Assembly (NCBI GenBank): GCA_965203905.1
Contig: CBDBDQ010000005.1
Location: forward strand, 7,680,001 to 7,744,000
Source of the DNA: Spirochaetia bacterium
GTDB taxonomy: Bacteria; Spirochaetota; Spirochaetia; SZUA-6; Bin103
Direction of reading: 5' to 3'
DNA: 64,000 bases
The notes beneath the pieces were generated by a model. It saw nothing but the letters and a program-made list of their open reading frames with translations. It was not told the origin of the DNA and ran no database searches. The position numbers were made by a program, and so were the translations under genes. Below are positions 9,652 to 20,467 of the stretch, in pieces (positions within the stretch are counted from its first letter, which is position 1; each line of letters starts with the position of its first letter).

Positions 9652-10611
9652 ATGAAAGCGTACATCATCAGGCGTCTGTTGCTGATGATCCCCACCCTGC
9701 TCATATTGACCGTGCTGGTCTTTCTCGCGGTTCGGTTCATCCCGGGCGACATCATCGACCTTATGATCGGGCAGATGCAATATCAGTATGACGAGACGTT
9801 CGACCGGGAGGCGCTGGAGCGTATGCTGGGCTTGGACCTGCCGGTCTACGTGCAGTATGGGCGCTGGCTCGGCGATATCCTCCTGCGCGGCACGCTTGGC
9901 GCCTCATTGGTTGGCGTTATTCCGATAGAAGAGCGGATACTGGCCCGATTGCCGGTAACCATCGAGCTGGGTGTCATGGCAATCGTGATCGGGCTCGTGA
10001 TAGCCCTGCCAGTCGGCATCTATTCGGCGATACGCCAGGATACGGCTGCCGACTACACGGGGCGCGCCGCGGCCATCATCGGCCTGGCCACGCCCAACTT
10101 CTGGCTGGCTCTCATGGTCATGATCTATCCTTCGATCTGGTGGGGCTGGGTGCCACCGATGCGGTGGGTTCCGTTCGCCGAAGACCCGCTCGGGAATCTT
10201 ACGCTGTTCTTCATTCCCAGCCTGATCCTGGGGACGGCGGGTGCGGCCGGCACCATGCGGCTGATGCGCACCACGATGCTGGAGGTGCTCAGGCAGGACT
10301 ATGTCAGAACGGCGTGGGCCAAGGGTCTGAAAGAGCGGGCGATCATCGTGAGGCACGCCCTCAAGAATGCGCTCATACCGGTGGTTACCCTGATCGGCCT
10401 GCAGCTGCCGCTCCTGGTGGGTGGATCGGTCATCATCGAGAACATATTCAACCTGCCGGGGTTGGGCCGTCTGTTCCTGAATTCGCTCAATAGCAGAGAC
10501 TACCCGGTGGTCTCCGGACTGAACCTGGTGTTCGGCGTCGCGGTGTTGGGGAGCAATCTGATGGTCGACCTGATCTATCCCTATCTTGACCCCCGAGTCC
10601 GGTATCAATAG
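9652..10611 (+). CDS. Opp/Dpp-type ABC permease, B subunit
   Basis: MKAYIIRRLL, RLPVTIEL, DYVRTAWAKGL, HALKNALIP, RDYP, DPRVRY. Confidence 0.92.
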   Translation: MKAYIIRRLLLMIPTLLILTVLVFLAVRFIPGDIIDLMIGQMQYQYDETFDREALERMLGLDLPVYVQYGRWLGDILLRGTLGASLVGVIPIEERILARLPVTIELGVMAIVIGLVIALPVGIYSAIRQDTAADYTGRAAAIIGLATPNFWLALMVMIYPSIWWGWVPPMRWVPFAEDPLGNLTLFFIPSLILGTAGAAGTMRLMRTTMLEVLRQDYVRTAWAKGLKERAIIVRHALKNALIPVVTLIGLQLPLLVGGSVIIENIFNLPGLGRLFLNSLNSRDYPVVSGLNLVFGVAVLGSNLMVDLIYPYLDPRVRYQ

Positions 10612-10613
10612 AA

Positions 10614-11516
10614 ATGCGTATGGCTCGAGGGGAATCATCAACCAACGGTGAGCGCAGGGGGTCGCTGCGGTGGGGAGATTTCTTCGTCAGGCTGGTCAAG
10701 CGGAAGCCGTTAGGCACCATCAGCGCGGTGATCGTATTGATACTGATTCTGGTCGCCATCTTTGCCGACGTGTTGGCGCCCTATCCCTACGACGAAATAC
10801 ACCTGATCGACAGGCTTCAGGGCCCATCGGCGCAGTATCTCCTGGGCACCGACCAGGCGGGGCGAGACCTCTTGAGTCGCCTTATCTTCGGGGCGCGCGT
10901 TTCGATGCTCGTCGGTTTGGCAACGACCACGCTCAGTGTTGTGATCAGCACCGTGGTCGGCGGCACCGCCGGATTCCTGGGGGGTAGATTCGATATTCTG
11001 TTGCAGAGATTTGTCGATGCCTGGATGGCGTTCCCGGGGCTGCTCCTGTTGCTGACGATGATGTCCATCGTGGGGCGGGGTGTGCCCCAGATAATACTGG
11101 TCCTGGGGATCGCCGGAGGCATCGGCGGCAGTCGCGTAATCAGGGGCGCCGTGATCGGCATCAAGGAGAACGTGTATTTTCAGGCGGCCGACGCGGTTGG
11201 CGCCTCGAGAGTGAGAACATTCATGCGCCACGTGGTGCCGAATGTCATACCTATCGTGATCATAACATTCAGCGTGAGCATCGGCGGCGTAATCCTGGCG
11301 CTGGCTTCCCTGGGCTTCCTCGGGTTCGGTCTGCCTCCCGGGATTCCTGATTGGGGAGGTCTGCTCAGCCGGGAGGGACGCGAGTACATGGAGATGGCGC
11401 CGCGGCTGGCGTTCTGGCCCGGTCTGTGCCTGACTATCACCGTCTTCAGCCTCAACATGTTCGGCGACGCCGTGCGAGACCTGCTCGACCCGCGGCTGCG
11501 AGGCGCGGGAAACTAG
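10614..11516 (+). CDS. Opp/Dpp-type ABC permease, C subunit
   Basis: LLGTDQAGRDLLSRLIFGAR, HVVPN, WGGLL, GDAVRDLLDPR. Confidence 0.92.
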   Translation: MRMARGESSTNGERRGSLRWGDFFVRLVKRKPLGTISAVIVLILILVAIFADVLAPYPYDEIHLIDRLQGPSAQYLLGTDQAGRDLLSRLIFGARVSMLVGLATTTLSVVISTVVGGTAGFLGGRFDILLQRFVDAWMAFPGLLLLLTMMSIVGRGVPQIILVLGIAGGIGGSRVIRGAVIGIKENVYFQAADAVGASRVRTFMRHVVPNVIPIVIITFSVSIGGVILALASLGFLGFGLPPGIPDWGGLLSREGREYMEMAPRLAFWPGLCLTITVFSLNMFGDAVRDLLDPRLRGAGN

Positions 11517-11534
11517 GCAATCGCCGTGTTGAAG

Positions 11535-12440
11535 TTAGCGGTTGGAGGTGGAGGGCTGGAAGCCGGCGGCGCGTTCGTCGCGGGTGGTAGGGGCGAGCTC
11601 GGTGGCGGGATCGCCGGCAATGCGCGTGGCCTGCAACACGCGCGGCTCGGAGCGGTCGTAGGGCCGCGCCCGGTGCAGCACGCAGCGGTTGTCCCACACC
11701 AGCAGGTCGCCCGGCTGCCAGCGGTGGGTGTACACGCGCGGCGGCCGGCACGCGCGCCGCAGCAGGCCGTCGATCAGCGCCTGGGCGTGGGCATCGTCCA
11801 TGCCGGGAATGCGATAGATGTGGCGTGCGATCTGCAGCGCCCTGCGCCCGGTCACGGGATGGGTCTTGACCAGCGGGCGGATCGGCGCGCCCTTGTCGTG
11901 GTAGCCGTAACCGGTACCGGTATCGAACACGTAGCCGATCTTGGCCTGTGAAGCGTACAGGGAGTGATACGCCGACAGGCCGGCGATCCGGTCCCTGGTA
12001 TCGGCATCCAGGTCGTCGTAGGCGGCGCGCATGTCGGCGAACTCGGTCTCGCCGCCGCTGGACGGCACCTCGACGGCGGACAGTAGCCCCGCCTTGGCAG
12101 AGATCGGCATGTAGGTGCTGTCCATGTGCCAGCCCTCGTTGCCACGCAGCGTCTTGAAGCGGAAGTCGTCCGGCTGCACCAGGCTACCGTCCAGGTTCTT
12201 GTTGCTGAACAGCGGCGCCTCGATGCCGTCCTCGCGCAGCATCTCGATCGCGCCGAAACGCTTGCCGAACGCAACCTGCGCGCCGGCGCGGAGGTGCTGC
12301 GCCGGAAACACCAGCACCGCGTACTCCAGGAACGCCTCTTCGACCGCCCGCCACGTCTGTCCGTCGAGCAGGTTCAGGTCGATGCCCGTAATTACGGCGC
12401 CGAGCGTCGCGCCCTTGATCGGTTCGATGTTCGGATTCAT
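11535..12440 (-). CDS. TauD/TfdA family Fe(II)/2-oxoglutarate dioxygenase
   Basis: WHMD (HxD), GGETEFAD, PLVKTHPVTG, WDNRCVLHR. Confidence 0.9.
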   Translation of the reverse strand: MNPNIEPIKGATLGAVITGIDLNLLDGQTWRAVEEAFLEYAVLVFPAQHLRAGAQVAFGKRFGAIEMLREDGIEAPLFSNKNLDGSLVQPDDFRFKTLRGNEGWHMDSTYMPISAKAGLLSAVEVPSSGGETEFADMRAAYDDLDADTRDRIAGLSAYHSLYASQAKIGYVFDTGTGYGYHDKGAPIRPLVKTHPVTGRRALQIARHIYRIPGMDDAHAQALIDGLLRRACRPPRVYTHRWQPGDLLVWDNRCVLHRARPYDRSEPRVLQATRIAGDPATELAPTTRDERAAGFQPSTSNR

Positions 12441-12484
12441 CGGATCCCCTTCCTGGTCATCGTCATCCACGGGGACACCGCCGG

Positions 12485-14131
12485 TCAAGCATGCCGTTGC
12501 TCGTAGCGGCGCTCGATCCAGCGCAGGAGGCTGGAACAGGCGAGCGTGATCACCACGTACAGCACCGCCGCCGTGTTGAACGGGGCGAACGGCAGGAAGC
12601 TGGCGGACTGGAACTCGCGCATTCGCTGGGTGACGTCGCGCACCGACAGGATCGACAGCAGCGAGGTGTCCTTGATCATGGCGATGAACTCGTTGCCGAG
12701 CGGCGGCAGCACGATGCGCAGCGCCTGCGGCAGGATGATCAGGCGCGCCGCCTGCCAGCGCGACAGGCCCAGGGTGTGGGCCGCCTCCACCTGCCCCTTC
12801 GGGACCGCCTCGATCCCGGATCGGAAGATCTCCGCCATGTAGGCGGAATAGCCGATGGCGATGGCGATCACCCCGCGCGTGAAGTTGGCCAGATCGATGC
12901 CGCCGCCGGTGGCGTCCTTGACGGCGCCGGCCAGCGGCAGGCCGATGTACAGGATGATCACCAGCATCGGGATGCCGCGAATCGTGTCCACGAAGAACTC
13001 GGCCCCCACGGCCAGTGGGTGCAGCCCGTGCAGGGCGCCGCCGAAGGTCAGGATCAGCAGCAACAGGCCGATCACCGAGAACGCCATCGCCGCATTGCGG
13101 TCGCGCTCCGGCAGGAACCGGGTCTGCCAGATCACCGGGTAGCGGCCGTCGTTCGCGGCGACCGGTACGAACGCCCCCGACACGCTGTCGACCGTGGCGA
13201 TCTGCTCCAGCGCGGTCGCCACGTCCGGCGAGCTGCGGATGCGCAGCGAGGCACCCTCGGCGCCGTCGTATTCGCCGAACCGGATCACGTCGGCGACCGC
13301 CTGCGGCGTGCCCTTGACGATGGCGATCCGGGCCTCCGTGGAACCGACCATCACGTACTCGACCCGCGGCTGCGCCCAGAAGAAGCCCGCAGCCGCCAGT
13401 AGCAGCAAACTGATCGCGCCGTACACGGGAATCGTGTGCCGGGCACTGCTCAAGCGCTGCAGCCCGGTCCAGGTCAGGCCGAGCACCGCCGCCAGCAGGT
13501 AGGCGAACACCGCGGCCCGGAAGGTCACCGCGATCCCGGTCGCGAATCCCCAGTGGCTGACGAACACCAGGTGAAACAGGGCGAGGCCGGACACCGCCTC
13601 GAATCCCCGCACGCAGTAACGGCGCAGCGCGCCCGTCCCCCAGCCGGCGGCCAGCGTGAAGGCCAGGAACAGGAGCGCGTAGACGACCACCCCGATCCGG
13701 AACCGCTGCGCCACCAGCGGCAGCACCTCCGCCTTCAGCGTCCAGGGCCGCGCGGAGCGGTCGACCAATTCGGAGGCGGCTGGGTCGAGCGAGTGGAACA
13801 GCACCGACTGCACGAACGGGCCGGTGAGCGCCGGCAGCGCCAGGATCAGCACGATGACCAGCGCGTGGATCGGCAGCGCCAGGCGCGCGGCGGTGGCCAG
13901 CCAGGGCGGCGCCGCGCCGTCCATCGCCGCCCGCCGCGCGGCCAGGAAGCCCGATGCGAGCAGCGCAAGCAGGAGCAGGAAGCCGGCCAGCAGCGCGGGC
14001 GCCCCCGGCTCGATGCCGATGATCGCCTTCAGCGAGCGCAGGTACTTGCTCGACGACGCGAACAGGAACACCAGGATCGGGGCCGCCGCCAGCAGCACCA
14101 GGTTGCTCGGCCGGATTCGCTTCAGGATCAC
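12485..14131 (-). CDS. Polar amino acid ABC permease, unusually long
   Basis: IRGIP, YSAYMAEIFRSGIEAVPKGQVEAA, LPQALR, IKDTSL. Confidence 0.88.
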   Translation of the reverse strand: MILKRIRPSNLVLLAAAPILVFLFASSSKYLRSLKAIIGIEPGAPALLAGFLLLLALLASGFLAARRAAMDGAAPPWLATAARLALPIHALVIVLILALPALTGPFVQSVLFHSLDPAASELVDRSARPWTLKAEVLPLVAQRFRIGVVVYALLFLAFTLAAGWGTGALRRYCVRGFEAVSGLALFHLVFVSHWGFATGIAVTFRAAVFAYLLAAVLGLTWTGLQRLSSARHTIPVYGAISLLLLAAAGFFWAQPRVEYVMVGSTEARIAIVKGTPQAVADVIRFGEYDGAEGASLRIRSSPDVATALEQIATVDSVSGAFVPVAANDGRYPVIWQTRFLPERDRNAAMAFSVIGLLLLILTFGGALHGLHPLAVGAEFFVDTIRGIPMLVIILYIGLPLAGAVKDATGGGIDLANFTRGVIAIAIGYSAYMAEIFRSGIEAVPKGQVEAAHTLGLSRWQAARLIILPQALRIVLPPLGNEFIAMIKDTSLLSILSVRDVTQRMREFQSASFLPFAPFNTAAVLYVVITLACSSLLRWIERRYEQRHA

Positions 14132-14207
14132 TTACTGTCCCCGCGCGCCGGCCCGCGACCGCCCCGCCACCGCCGGAGCCGGCACGCCGAAAAGGAGGAA
14201 CCGCCGG

Positions 14208-14954
14208 TCAGTCGCTCCAGTACTTGGCGATCAGCTCGTCAAGGGTGCCGTCTTCCTTGATCGCGGCCAACCCCTCGTTGAACGCGTCGACCATCGGATC
14301 GCCCTCCTGGAACACGATGCCGAGCGGGTCGGCCTGCAGGCCGGTGACCCCCATGGTGAGCTCGCCGGCGAATTCCTGCTCGTAGGCGGCCCCCGAGGTG
14401 CCGTCGATCACCACGCCGTCCACATCGCCGTTCTGCAACGCCAGGATCGCCCCGGCGAACGCGTCATACAGGCTCACGTTGTCGCGCCCGACCAGCTCCT
14501 CCGCCAACTGGGCGTTGGTGGTGGCGGTCTGCGCGGCCAGCTTGCGCCCGCCGCCCGTGAAGTCTTCGGCGGTCAGTTCGGCATCCTCCACCCGCACCAG
14601 GATCGCCTGGCTCACCACCAGGTAGGGGTCGGAAAAATCCATCGACTCGTCGCGCTCTGCGGTAATCGAAACGCCCGAAACGACCAGGTCGAACTCGCCC
14701 TGCTGCAGGGCGGCGAAGATGCCGTCCCAGGCGGTGTTCACGAACTGCAGCACGCAGTTGATGCGTTCGCACACCGCGGTCAGCATGTCGATGTCGAAAC
14801 CGACGATCTCGCCGGTAGCCTCGTCGACGGTCTCCATCGGCGGATAGGTGGCGTCCGTCCCCACCTTGAGCACCTTTCCTTCCAGGTCGGCGGCGTACCC
14901 TCCCACCGCCAGCACCACGAGCAAGCCCGCCGCGGCCACAAGTGTTCTGAACAT
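14208..14954 (-). CDS. Basic/polar amino acid ABC substrate-binding protein (family 3)
   Basis: VGTDATYPPME, GFDID, SITAER, DFSDPY, DGTLDELIAKY. Confidence 0.9.
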   Translation of the reverse strand: MFRTLVAAAGLLVVLAVGGYAADLEGKVLKVGTDATYPPMETVDEATGEIVGFDIDMLTAVCERINCVLQFVNTAWDGIFAALQQGEFDLVVSGVSITAERDESMDFSDPYLVVSQAILVRVEDAELTAEDFTGGGRKLAAQTATTNAQLAEELVGRDNVSLYDAFAGAILALQNGDVDGVVIDGTSGAAYEQEFAGELTMGVTGLQADPLGIVFQEGDPMVDAFNEGLAAIKEDGTLDELIAKYWSD

Positions 14955-15202
14955 CACTGAAACCTCCCTGCCACCGGCGTCCTTGCCCGGCAGCCATTGC
15001 ATACTGGACCCTCGCGATGCGCCTGACAAGCGAGCCGCTCCGGCCGGTACGGTTGGCTCAGCGGCCCAGGACTCGTTGACAAATACTTGCTATTCCATTC
15101 CTAGTTCCGGGAGCTTGCCGAGGGGCTCGCCGCACCGCGGTTCGGCGAGCGCTTTGCTGAGGAGAAGTCGATGAACCATGACATCAAGGCAGGAGCGGCG
15201 CC

Positions 15203-16657
15203 GTGACCGACTCCGGCGACGAAGTGCGCCATGACCTGACGATGGCGCCCGAGTTGATGCTCGACCTGGCACGCAGAACGGCGGAGTTGCTGGTGGAGCG
15301 CATCGAGGGACTGCCCGGCGAGCCTGCCTGGGACGGAGAGTTCAAGGATGCGCTCGACCACCAGTTGATGGCCGGCCCCCCGGAGCAGGGCCGGCCGCCG
15401 ATCGAGGTGATCGAGCAGGCGGCACGTGAGATTCTTCCGTTCGCAACCCGGTTGGACCACCCGCGATGCTTCGGGTTCGTTCCGTCGGCGCCGACTTGGC
15501 CCGGGGTGCTGGCCGACTTCATGGCCTCCGCGTTCAACATCAATGCATGCACGTGGCTGGTCGCGAGTGCGCCGAGCCAGGTCGAGCTGGTGGTGATCGA
15601 CTGGTTTCGCCGCTGGCTCGGCTATCCGGAAAACGCGGGCGGCCTGTTGACCAGCGGCGGCTCGGCGGCCAGCGTCGACGCCTTCGTGGCCGCCCGCGAA
15701 GCGGCCGGCCACCCGGAGCGCGCCACCGTATACATGAGCGACCAGAGCCACAGCGCGCACGTCCGCGCGGCCAGGATCATCGGCATCCGACCGGACCACA
15801 TCCGCCTGCTGCCGAGCGATGAGCAGTTCCGCCTGGACCCGGGCCGGCTGGCGCGCGCCATGGCCGACGACCGCGCCGCGGGCTTCAATCCGATTGCGAT
15901 ATGCGCCAATGCCGGGACCGCCAGCACGGGAGCCATCGATCCGTTGCCGGCGCTGGCGGACTTCTGCGAGGCGGAACGGATCTGGCTGCACGTCGACGCC
16001 TCCTACGGCGGTTTCGCGGCGGTGACCGAGCGGGGCAGGCGGCTCCTCCGCGGGATCGAGAGCGCCGACTCCGTCGGGCTGGACCCGCACAAGTGGTTGT
16101 TTCAGCCGTACGAGGTGGGCGCGTTGCTGGTGAAGGATGTCCGCACGCTCGAGCACGCGTTCGAGGTGCGGCACGACATTCTCCAGGACACGGTATGGGG
16201 CGCGAACCACCCGAACCTCTCCGATCGCAACCTGCAACTGAGCCGCTCGTTTCGCGCCCTGAAGGTGTGGATGTCGATCCAGACCTTCGGCATGGCCGCG
16301 TTCCGGCGGGCCGTGTCCAAGGGGATGGAACTGGCCGCGCGCGCGGAGGAGTACGTCCGGGAGAGCCCGACTCTGGAACTCCCGACCCCGGTGTCGCTGG
16401 GGATCGTGTGCTTCCGGGTCAATCCGTCGGATGCCGACCCTGACGAGGAGGTACTGGAGCAGATCAACCGCAAGGTGCTCGCCCGCATCTTCTGGGAAGA
16501 CCGGGCATTCCTGTCATCGACGCTGGTCCACGGCACGTTCGCGCTCAGGCTCTGCATCATCAACCACACCACGACCTGGGACGACGTTCGCGAGACCCTG
16601 GAGGCCGCCGAACGGTTCGGGACGCAGGAATTTTCCCGGCAGGAGGTGCCGCGGTAG
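15203..16657 (+). CDS. PLP-dependent group II decarboxylase (aromatic-L-amino-acid decarboxylase-like)
   Basis: HPRCFGF, TSGGS, AGTASTGAID, WLHVDASYGG, PLP-lysine motif DPHKW. Confidence 0.9.
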   Translation: MTDSGDEVRHDLTMAPELMLDLARRTAELLVERIEGLPGEPAWDGEFKDALDHQLMAGPPEQGRPPIEVIEQAAREILPFATRLDHPRCFGFVPSAPTWPGVLADFMASAFNINACTWLVASAPSQVELVVIDWFRRWLGYPENAGGLLTSGGSAASVDAFVAAREAAGHPERATVYMSDQSHSAHVRAARIIGIRPDHIRLLPSDEQFRLDPGRLARAMADDRAAGFNPIAICANAGTASTGAIDPLPALADFCEAERIWLHVDASYGGFAAVTERGRRLLRGIESADSVGLDPHKWLFQPYEVGALLVKDVRTLEHAFEVRHDILQDTVWGANHPNLSDRNLQLSRSFRALKVWMSIQTFGMAAFRRAVSKGMELAARAEEYVRESPTLELPTPVSLGIVCFRVNPSDADPDEEVLEQINRKVLARIFWEDRAFLSSTLVHGTFALRLCIINHTTTWDDVRETLEAAERFGTQEFSRQEVPR

Positions 16658-16775
16658 CAGCCACCGCGCGCGGCCGCCGACGCGATGTCCCGAGGACCGG
16701 GCACCCACCGCCCGGATTCCGCTCGCGGTGCTGCGGCGCGGTATCCGGGCGGGAGCGATAGCAGCCTGGTCGGGG

Positions 16776-18338
16776 CTACATTCCGGCGTGCTTGGCGCGT
16801 GCCTCGGCGAGCACTTCCTCGCCGCCAGCGCGCATCCACTGCTTCACGTAGGTGTCCCAGTCGTCGCCGGTGTCGGCGTCGCCGGTGATCGCCTTCCACA
16901 TGTACTCTTCGCGAATGCGCGACATGTCGGCGCGGTACTGGTTCTGGGAGTCCAGCACCCAGCCGTGGCCGAGCGCCGGGTTGATGATGTTGTAGCCCTT
17001 CTGGCGCTCCGCCATCGCCAGGGCGTCGCTGCCGAACGAGGCGGTGAACATCCAACCGTAGCGGATGTTGGTCAGGAAGTACTTCACCCCCAGGTCGCCC
17101 TGCGCCTCCATGCTCTGCGCGGCCGGCAGGAACTGGCGCATGCCCTCCTCGTCGAACTCGAAGTGCTCGCCCTCGACGCCGGACCAGATCAGGTTGTGGT
17201 AGAACGGTTCGGCTATCTGCAGGTCGATCACGCCGAGGATCTTCTCCAGCGCGCGGTCGCTGGTGTCCTTGCCGATGACGTGGTAGGTCCACAGCGGAGC
17301 ACGCAGCTCCCAGGTCGGCTCGTAACCGGCGGCGGTCAGTTCTCCCACGTACTCCACCGTGGCGTTGGGGTCCTTCTGGAACAGGTTCGGGAACCAGGTG
17401 CCGGGCCGGTACTTGGGCAGCACGTAGGTCCAGGTGTCGCCGGCGAAGCCCACCTTGCCGTCCTGGAACAGCGACCCGACCGCGAGCTTGTCCGGCAGCG
17501 TGATGTCGGGATGGATCACGCCCGCCTCCCACAGGCCGTTCATCCAGCGCAGAAAGTCGCGCCACCCGTCGGTGACCTCGAAGAAGGTGATCTCGCCGGT
17601 GGCGGGATCGAGGTAGGGGCGCTCGATATGCTCGTAGCCGAACGCGGCCACGAAGGTGCGCAGGTTGTTGGTCCAGTTGCCGGCGGAGGTCGCCGACGTA
17701 GCCATGCCCCAGGTGTCCTTCTGGCCGTTGCCGTCGGGATCGTCGTAGGTGAACCGGCGCGCCACCTCGGCGTACTCCTCCACGGTGGTGGGGATCGAAG
17801 CGCCGAGCGCCTCCAGCCAGTCGCCGCGCACCACGATCTGGTGCTTGATCTCGGCGCCGCCGTTGGGCACCGCCCACAGCGTCTCGGTGTCCTTGTCCCA
17901 GGACGGAAAGTCGAACCAGACCCCGTCCGCTTCGCCGTTCGCGTAGTCGCGCCAATAGGTGGGCGCCTGCTCCTTGACCATGTCGAGCGGGATCGCGCGC
18001 AGCAGCCCCTCGTCCTTGTAGCGCAGCATGTTGGTCTGGCTGGCCAGCATGTGGTCGGGAATCTCGCCGGCCGCGAACAGCAGGTTCATCTCCTCGGCGC
18101 TGAAGGCGTCCGACTTGACCACGCGCAGGTCGATGTCCAACGCCTTGTTGAACTCCTCGATGATCGGGCTGTCCGGCTGCGGGTAGAGCGCTCCGCCCGG
18201 CGTCTTCAGGCGCAGCCCCACCCAGTTGATCACGACCGGGCCCTCGTCCCCGGCCGCGGTCTCCGCCTCGGACGCGGCGAACACGCCCGGCGTCGCCGCC
18301 AGGAGAACTGCGAATGTTAGTACGGTGAGTCTTCTCAC
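16776..18338 (-). CDS. Carbohydrate ABC substrate-binding protein (family 1)
   Basis: Signal peptide after AGGAGG, AAGEIPD, RGDWLEALG, DPDGNGQKDTWG. Confidence 0.85.
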   Translation of the reverse strand: MRRLTVLTFAVLLAATPGVFAASEAETAAGDEGPVVINWVGLRLKTPGGALYPQPDSPIIEEFNKALDIDLRVVKSDAFSAEEMNLLFAAGEIPDHMLASQTNMLRYKDEGLLRAIPLDMVKEQAPTYWRDYANGEADGVWFDFPSWDKDTETLWAVPNGGAEIKHQIVVRGDWLEALGASIPTTVEEYAEVARRFTYDDPDGNGQKDTWGMATSATSAGNWTNNLRTFVAAFGYEHIERPYLDPATGEITFFEVTDGWRDFLRWMNGLWEAGVIHPDITLPDKLAVGSLFQDGKVGFAGDTWTYVLPKYRPGTWFPNLFQKDPNATVEYVGELTAAGYEPTWELRAPLWTYHVIGKDTSDRALEKILGVIDLQIAEPFYHNLIWSGVEGEHFEFDEEGMRQFLPAAQSMEAQGDLGVKYFLTNIRYGWMFTASFGSDALAMAERQKGYNIINPALGHGWVLDSQNQYRADMSRIREEYMWKAITGDADTGDDWDTYVKQWMRAGGEEVLAEARAKHAGM

Positions 18339-18411
18339 GTCGTACCTCCTTGTATGGATGATGGATATGCGGTCGGTCGCGCCGCCGCTGCCCCGCAACG
18401 CGGGGCCCTCG

Positions 18412-19308
18412 CTATCCCTTCAATGACCCGATCATGATACCGCGCACGAAGTAGCGTTGCACGAACGGGTAGGCGAGCAGGATCGGGCCGATCGAGATCA
18501 GCACCGTGGCCGCCTTGATCGACTCCGGCACCACCGACTCCGCGCCCGCCACCGAGTCGTTGTTCTCGCCCAGGAACGCGGTGTCGTCCTGCTCGATGAT
18601 CACCCGCCGCAGCACCAGTTGCAGCACGGTCTTGGTCTCGTCGCGGATGAAGATGAGCGCGTCGAACCAGGAGTTCCAGTGCTGCACCGCCACCCACAGG
18701 CCGATGGTGGCCATGATCGGCACCGACAGCGGAATGATGATCTGCACCAGGATGCGGAAGAAGGAGGCGCCGTCGATCATGGCCGACTCCTCCAGCGAAT
18801 CGGGGATGGTCATGATGAAGTTGCGCATGATCAGCAGGTTGTAGGTGCCGAGCAGGATCGGGAAGATCAGCGCCGCGCGCGTGTCCAGCATGCCCAGGCT
18901 GCGCACCAGCAGGTAGCGCGGAATCAGCCCGCCCGAGAAGAACATCGGGATCAGGAAGAAGATGGTGAGGTAGTTGCGCAGCGGCAGCTTGCGCTTGGCC
19001 AGCGGGTAGGCGGTGCAGAACGAGAAGAACACCGCCAGCACGGTCCCGACCACGGTGCGGAACACCGTGTTGACGTAGCCGTAGTAGATCAGCCGCGACG
19101 AGAACGCGACCCGGTACGCCTCCAGGGTCACCTCCTCCGGCCACAGCTTGATGCCCCAGCTCGACGCCAGCAGCCCCGGCAGCAGCGACACCACCGCGGT
19201 CTCCCAGAACGGGTAGATCATCAACAGCGAGAACACGATCAGGAACAGGTAGTTGGCGAAGTCGAACAGCCGGTCGGGAGAATAGCGCCCGCGCGCGCCC
19301 ACTACCAC
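18412..19308 (-). CDS. Carbohydrate ABC permease (MalG/LplC-like)
   Basis: FFSGGLIP, IPDSLEESAMIDGA, WNSWF, YPFVQRYFVRG. Confidence 0.92.
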   Translation of the reverse strand: MVVGARGRYSPDRLFDFANYLFLIVFSLLMIYPFWETAVVSLLPGLLASSWGIKLWPEEVTLEAYRVAFSSRLIYYGYVNTVFRTVVGTVLAVFFSFCTAYPLAKRKLPLRNYLTIFFLIPMFFSGGLIPRYLLVRSLGMLDTRAALIFPILLGTYNLLIMRNFIMTIPDSLEESAMIDGASFFRILVQIIIPLSVPIMATIGLWVAVQHWNSWFDALIFIRDETKTVLQLVLRRVIIEQDDTAFLGENNDSVAGAESVVPESIKAATVLISIGPILLAYPFVQRYFVRGIMIGSLKG

Positions 19309-19317
19309 GCCGCGCCC

Positions 19318-20265
19318 CTACCAGATCCCGTATTCCGAGAAGCGGTTCACGATGGCGTTGGTGAACAGCAGCATCAGCAGGCCGAGCACGTTCTTGAACA
19401 GGCCGATGGCGGTGGAGTAGCTGTAGTCGAACTCGACCAGCCCGATGCGGTACACGTAGGTGTCGATGATGTCGCCCACCTCGTAGGTGATCGGGTTGTA
19501 CAGGTTGAAGATCTCCTCGAAGCCGGCGTTCATCAGGAACCCGACGCGCAGGATGAACAGGATCACGATCACCGGCGCCAGCGAGGGCAGCGTGATGGAG
19601 ATGGCCTGCCGGAAGCGCCCGGCGCCGTCCACGGTGGCCGCCTCGTACAGTTGCGGGTCGATGGAGGAGATGGCGGCCAGGTAGATGATCGAGCCCCAGC
19701 CCACGTCCTTCCAGATGTTGGCCACCACGATCATCGGGCGGAAGAAGCCCGGCTCGATCATGAAGTTGACCGGCTCCATGCCGAGCATGATCAGGAAGTA
19801 GTTGACCACCCCGCTGGTGGGCGACAGGAGCTGGCGGATCAGGGCGGCGATCACCACCCAACTGATGAAGTGCGGCAGGTAGGAGATGGTCTGCACCACC
19901 TTCTTGAAGTGGGTCGCACGCACCTCGTTGAGCAGCAGCGCCAGGATGATCGGCGCGGGAAAGCCGAAGATGATCTTGTAGAACGAGATCAGCAGCGTGT
20001 TGCGGAACACGTTCAGGAACTGCGGGCTGCGGAACAGGCGCTCGAAGTTGTCCAGCCCCACCCAGGGGCTGCCGATGATGCCCTCCAGGATGCGGTACTT
20101 CTTGAACGCGATGATCACCCCGTACATCGGGTAGTACTCGAAGATCAGGAACCAGGCGACGGCCGGCAGCAGCATGATGAGCAGGCCGCGGTACAGGAGC
20201 ATGGACCGCCACAGCCCGCGCTTGGCGAGATCTCCGCTCCCGGTTGCCGATTGGACGCCACCCAC
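19318..20265 (-). CDS. Carbohydrate ABC permease (MalF/LplB-like)
   Basis: SPWVGLDNF, YLPHFISWVV, LYEAATVDGA, IIDTYVY; start codon uncertain. Confidence 0.9.
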   Translation of the reverse strand: MGGVQSATGSGDLAKRGLWRSMLLYRGLLIMLLPAVAWFLIFEYYPMYGVIIAFKKYRILEGIIGSPWVGLDNFERLFRSPQFLNVFRNTLLISFYKIIFGFPAPIILALLLNEVRATHFKKVVQTISYLPHFISWVVIAALIRQLLSPTSGVVNYFLIMLGMEPVNFMIEPGFFRPMIVVANIWKDVGWGSIIYLAAISSIDPQLYEAATVDGAGRFRQAISITLPSLAPVIVILFILRVGFLMNAGFEEIFNLYNPITYEVGDIIDTYVYRIGLVEFDYSYSTAIGLFKNVLGLLMLLFTNAIVNRFSEYGIW

Positions 20266-20467
20266 CGCTTCGCCGCTCCGGACGCGACATTATCACACTG
20301 AGGGAAGGTGGTGTAGGGCTGCGCCGCTGCCACCAGACGCCCCATGAGCCGGATGAGCTTGACCGGTGCGGACCGGTCAGCTCACAGGAAGCGAAGGTCG
20401 TCCAAATTGTCCGAGGTATTGGCGATTGACGGCGCGAAGCGCCATACTGCTCCAAGGAGTCCGCCGA

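Noticed and set aside
15076-15110. Promoter at perfect TTGACA
   Set aside because: No convincing -10 at 16-18 nt spacing
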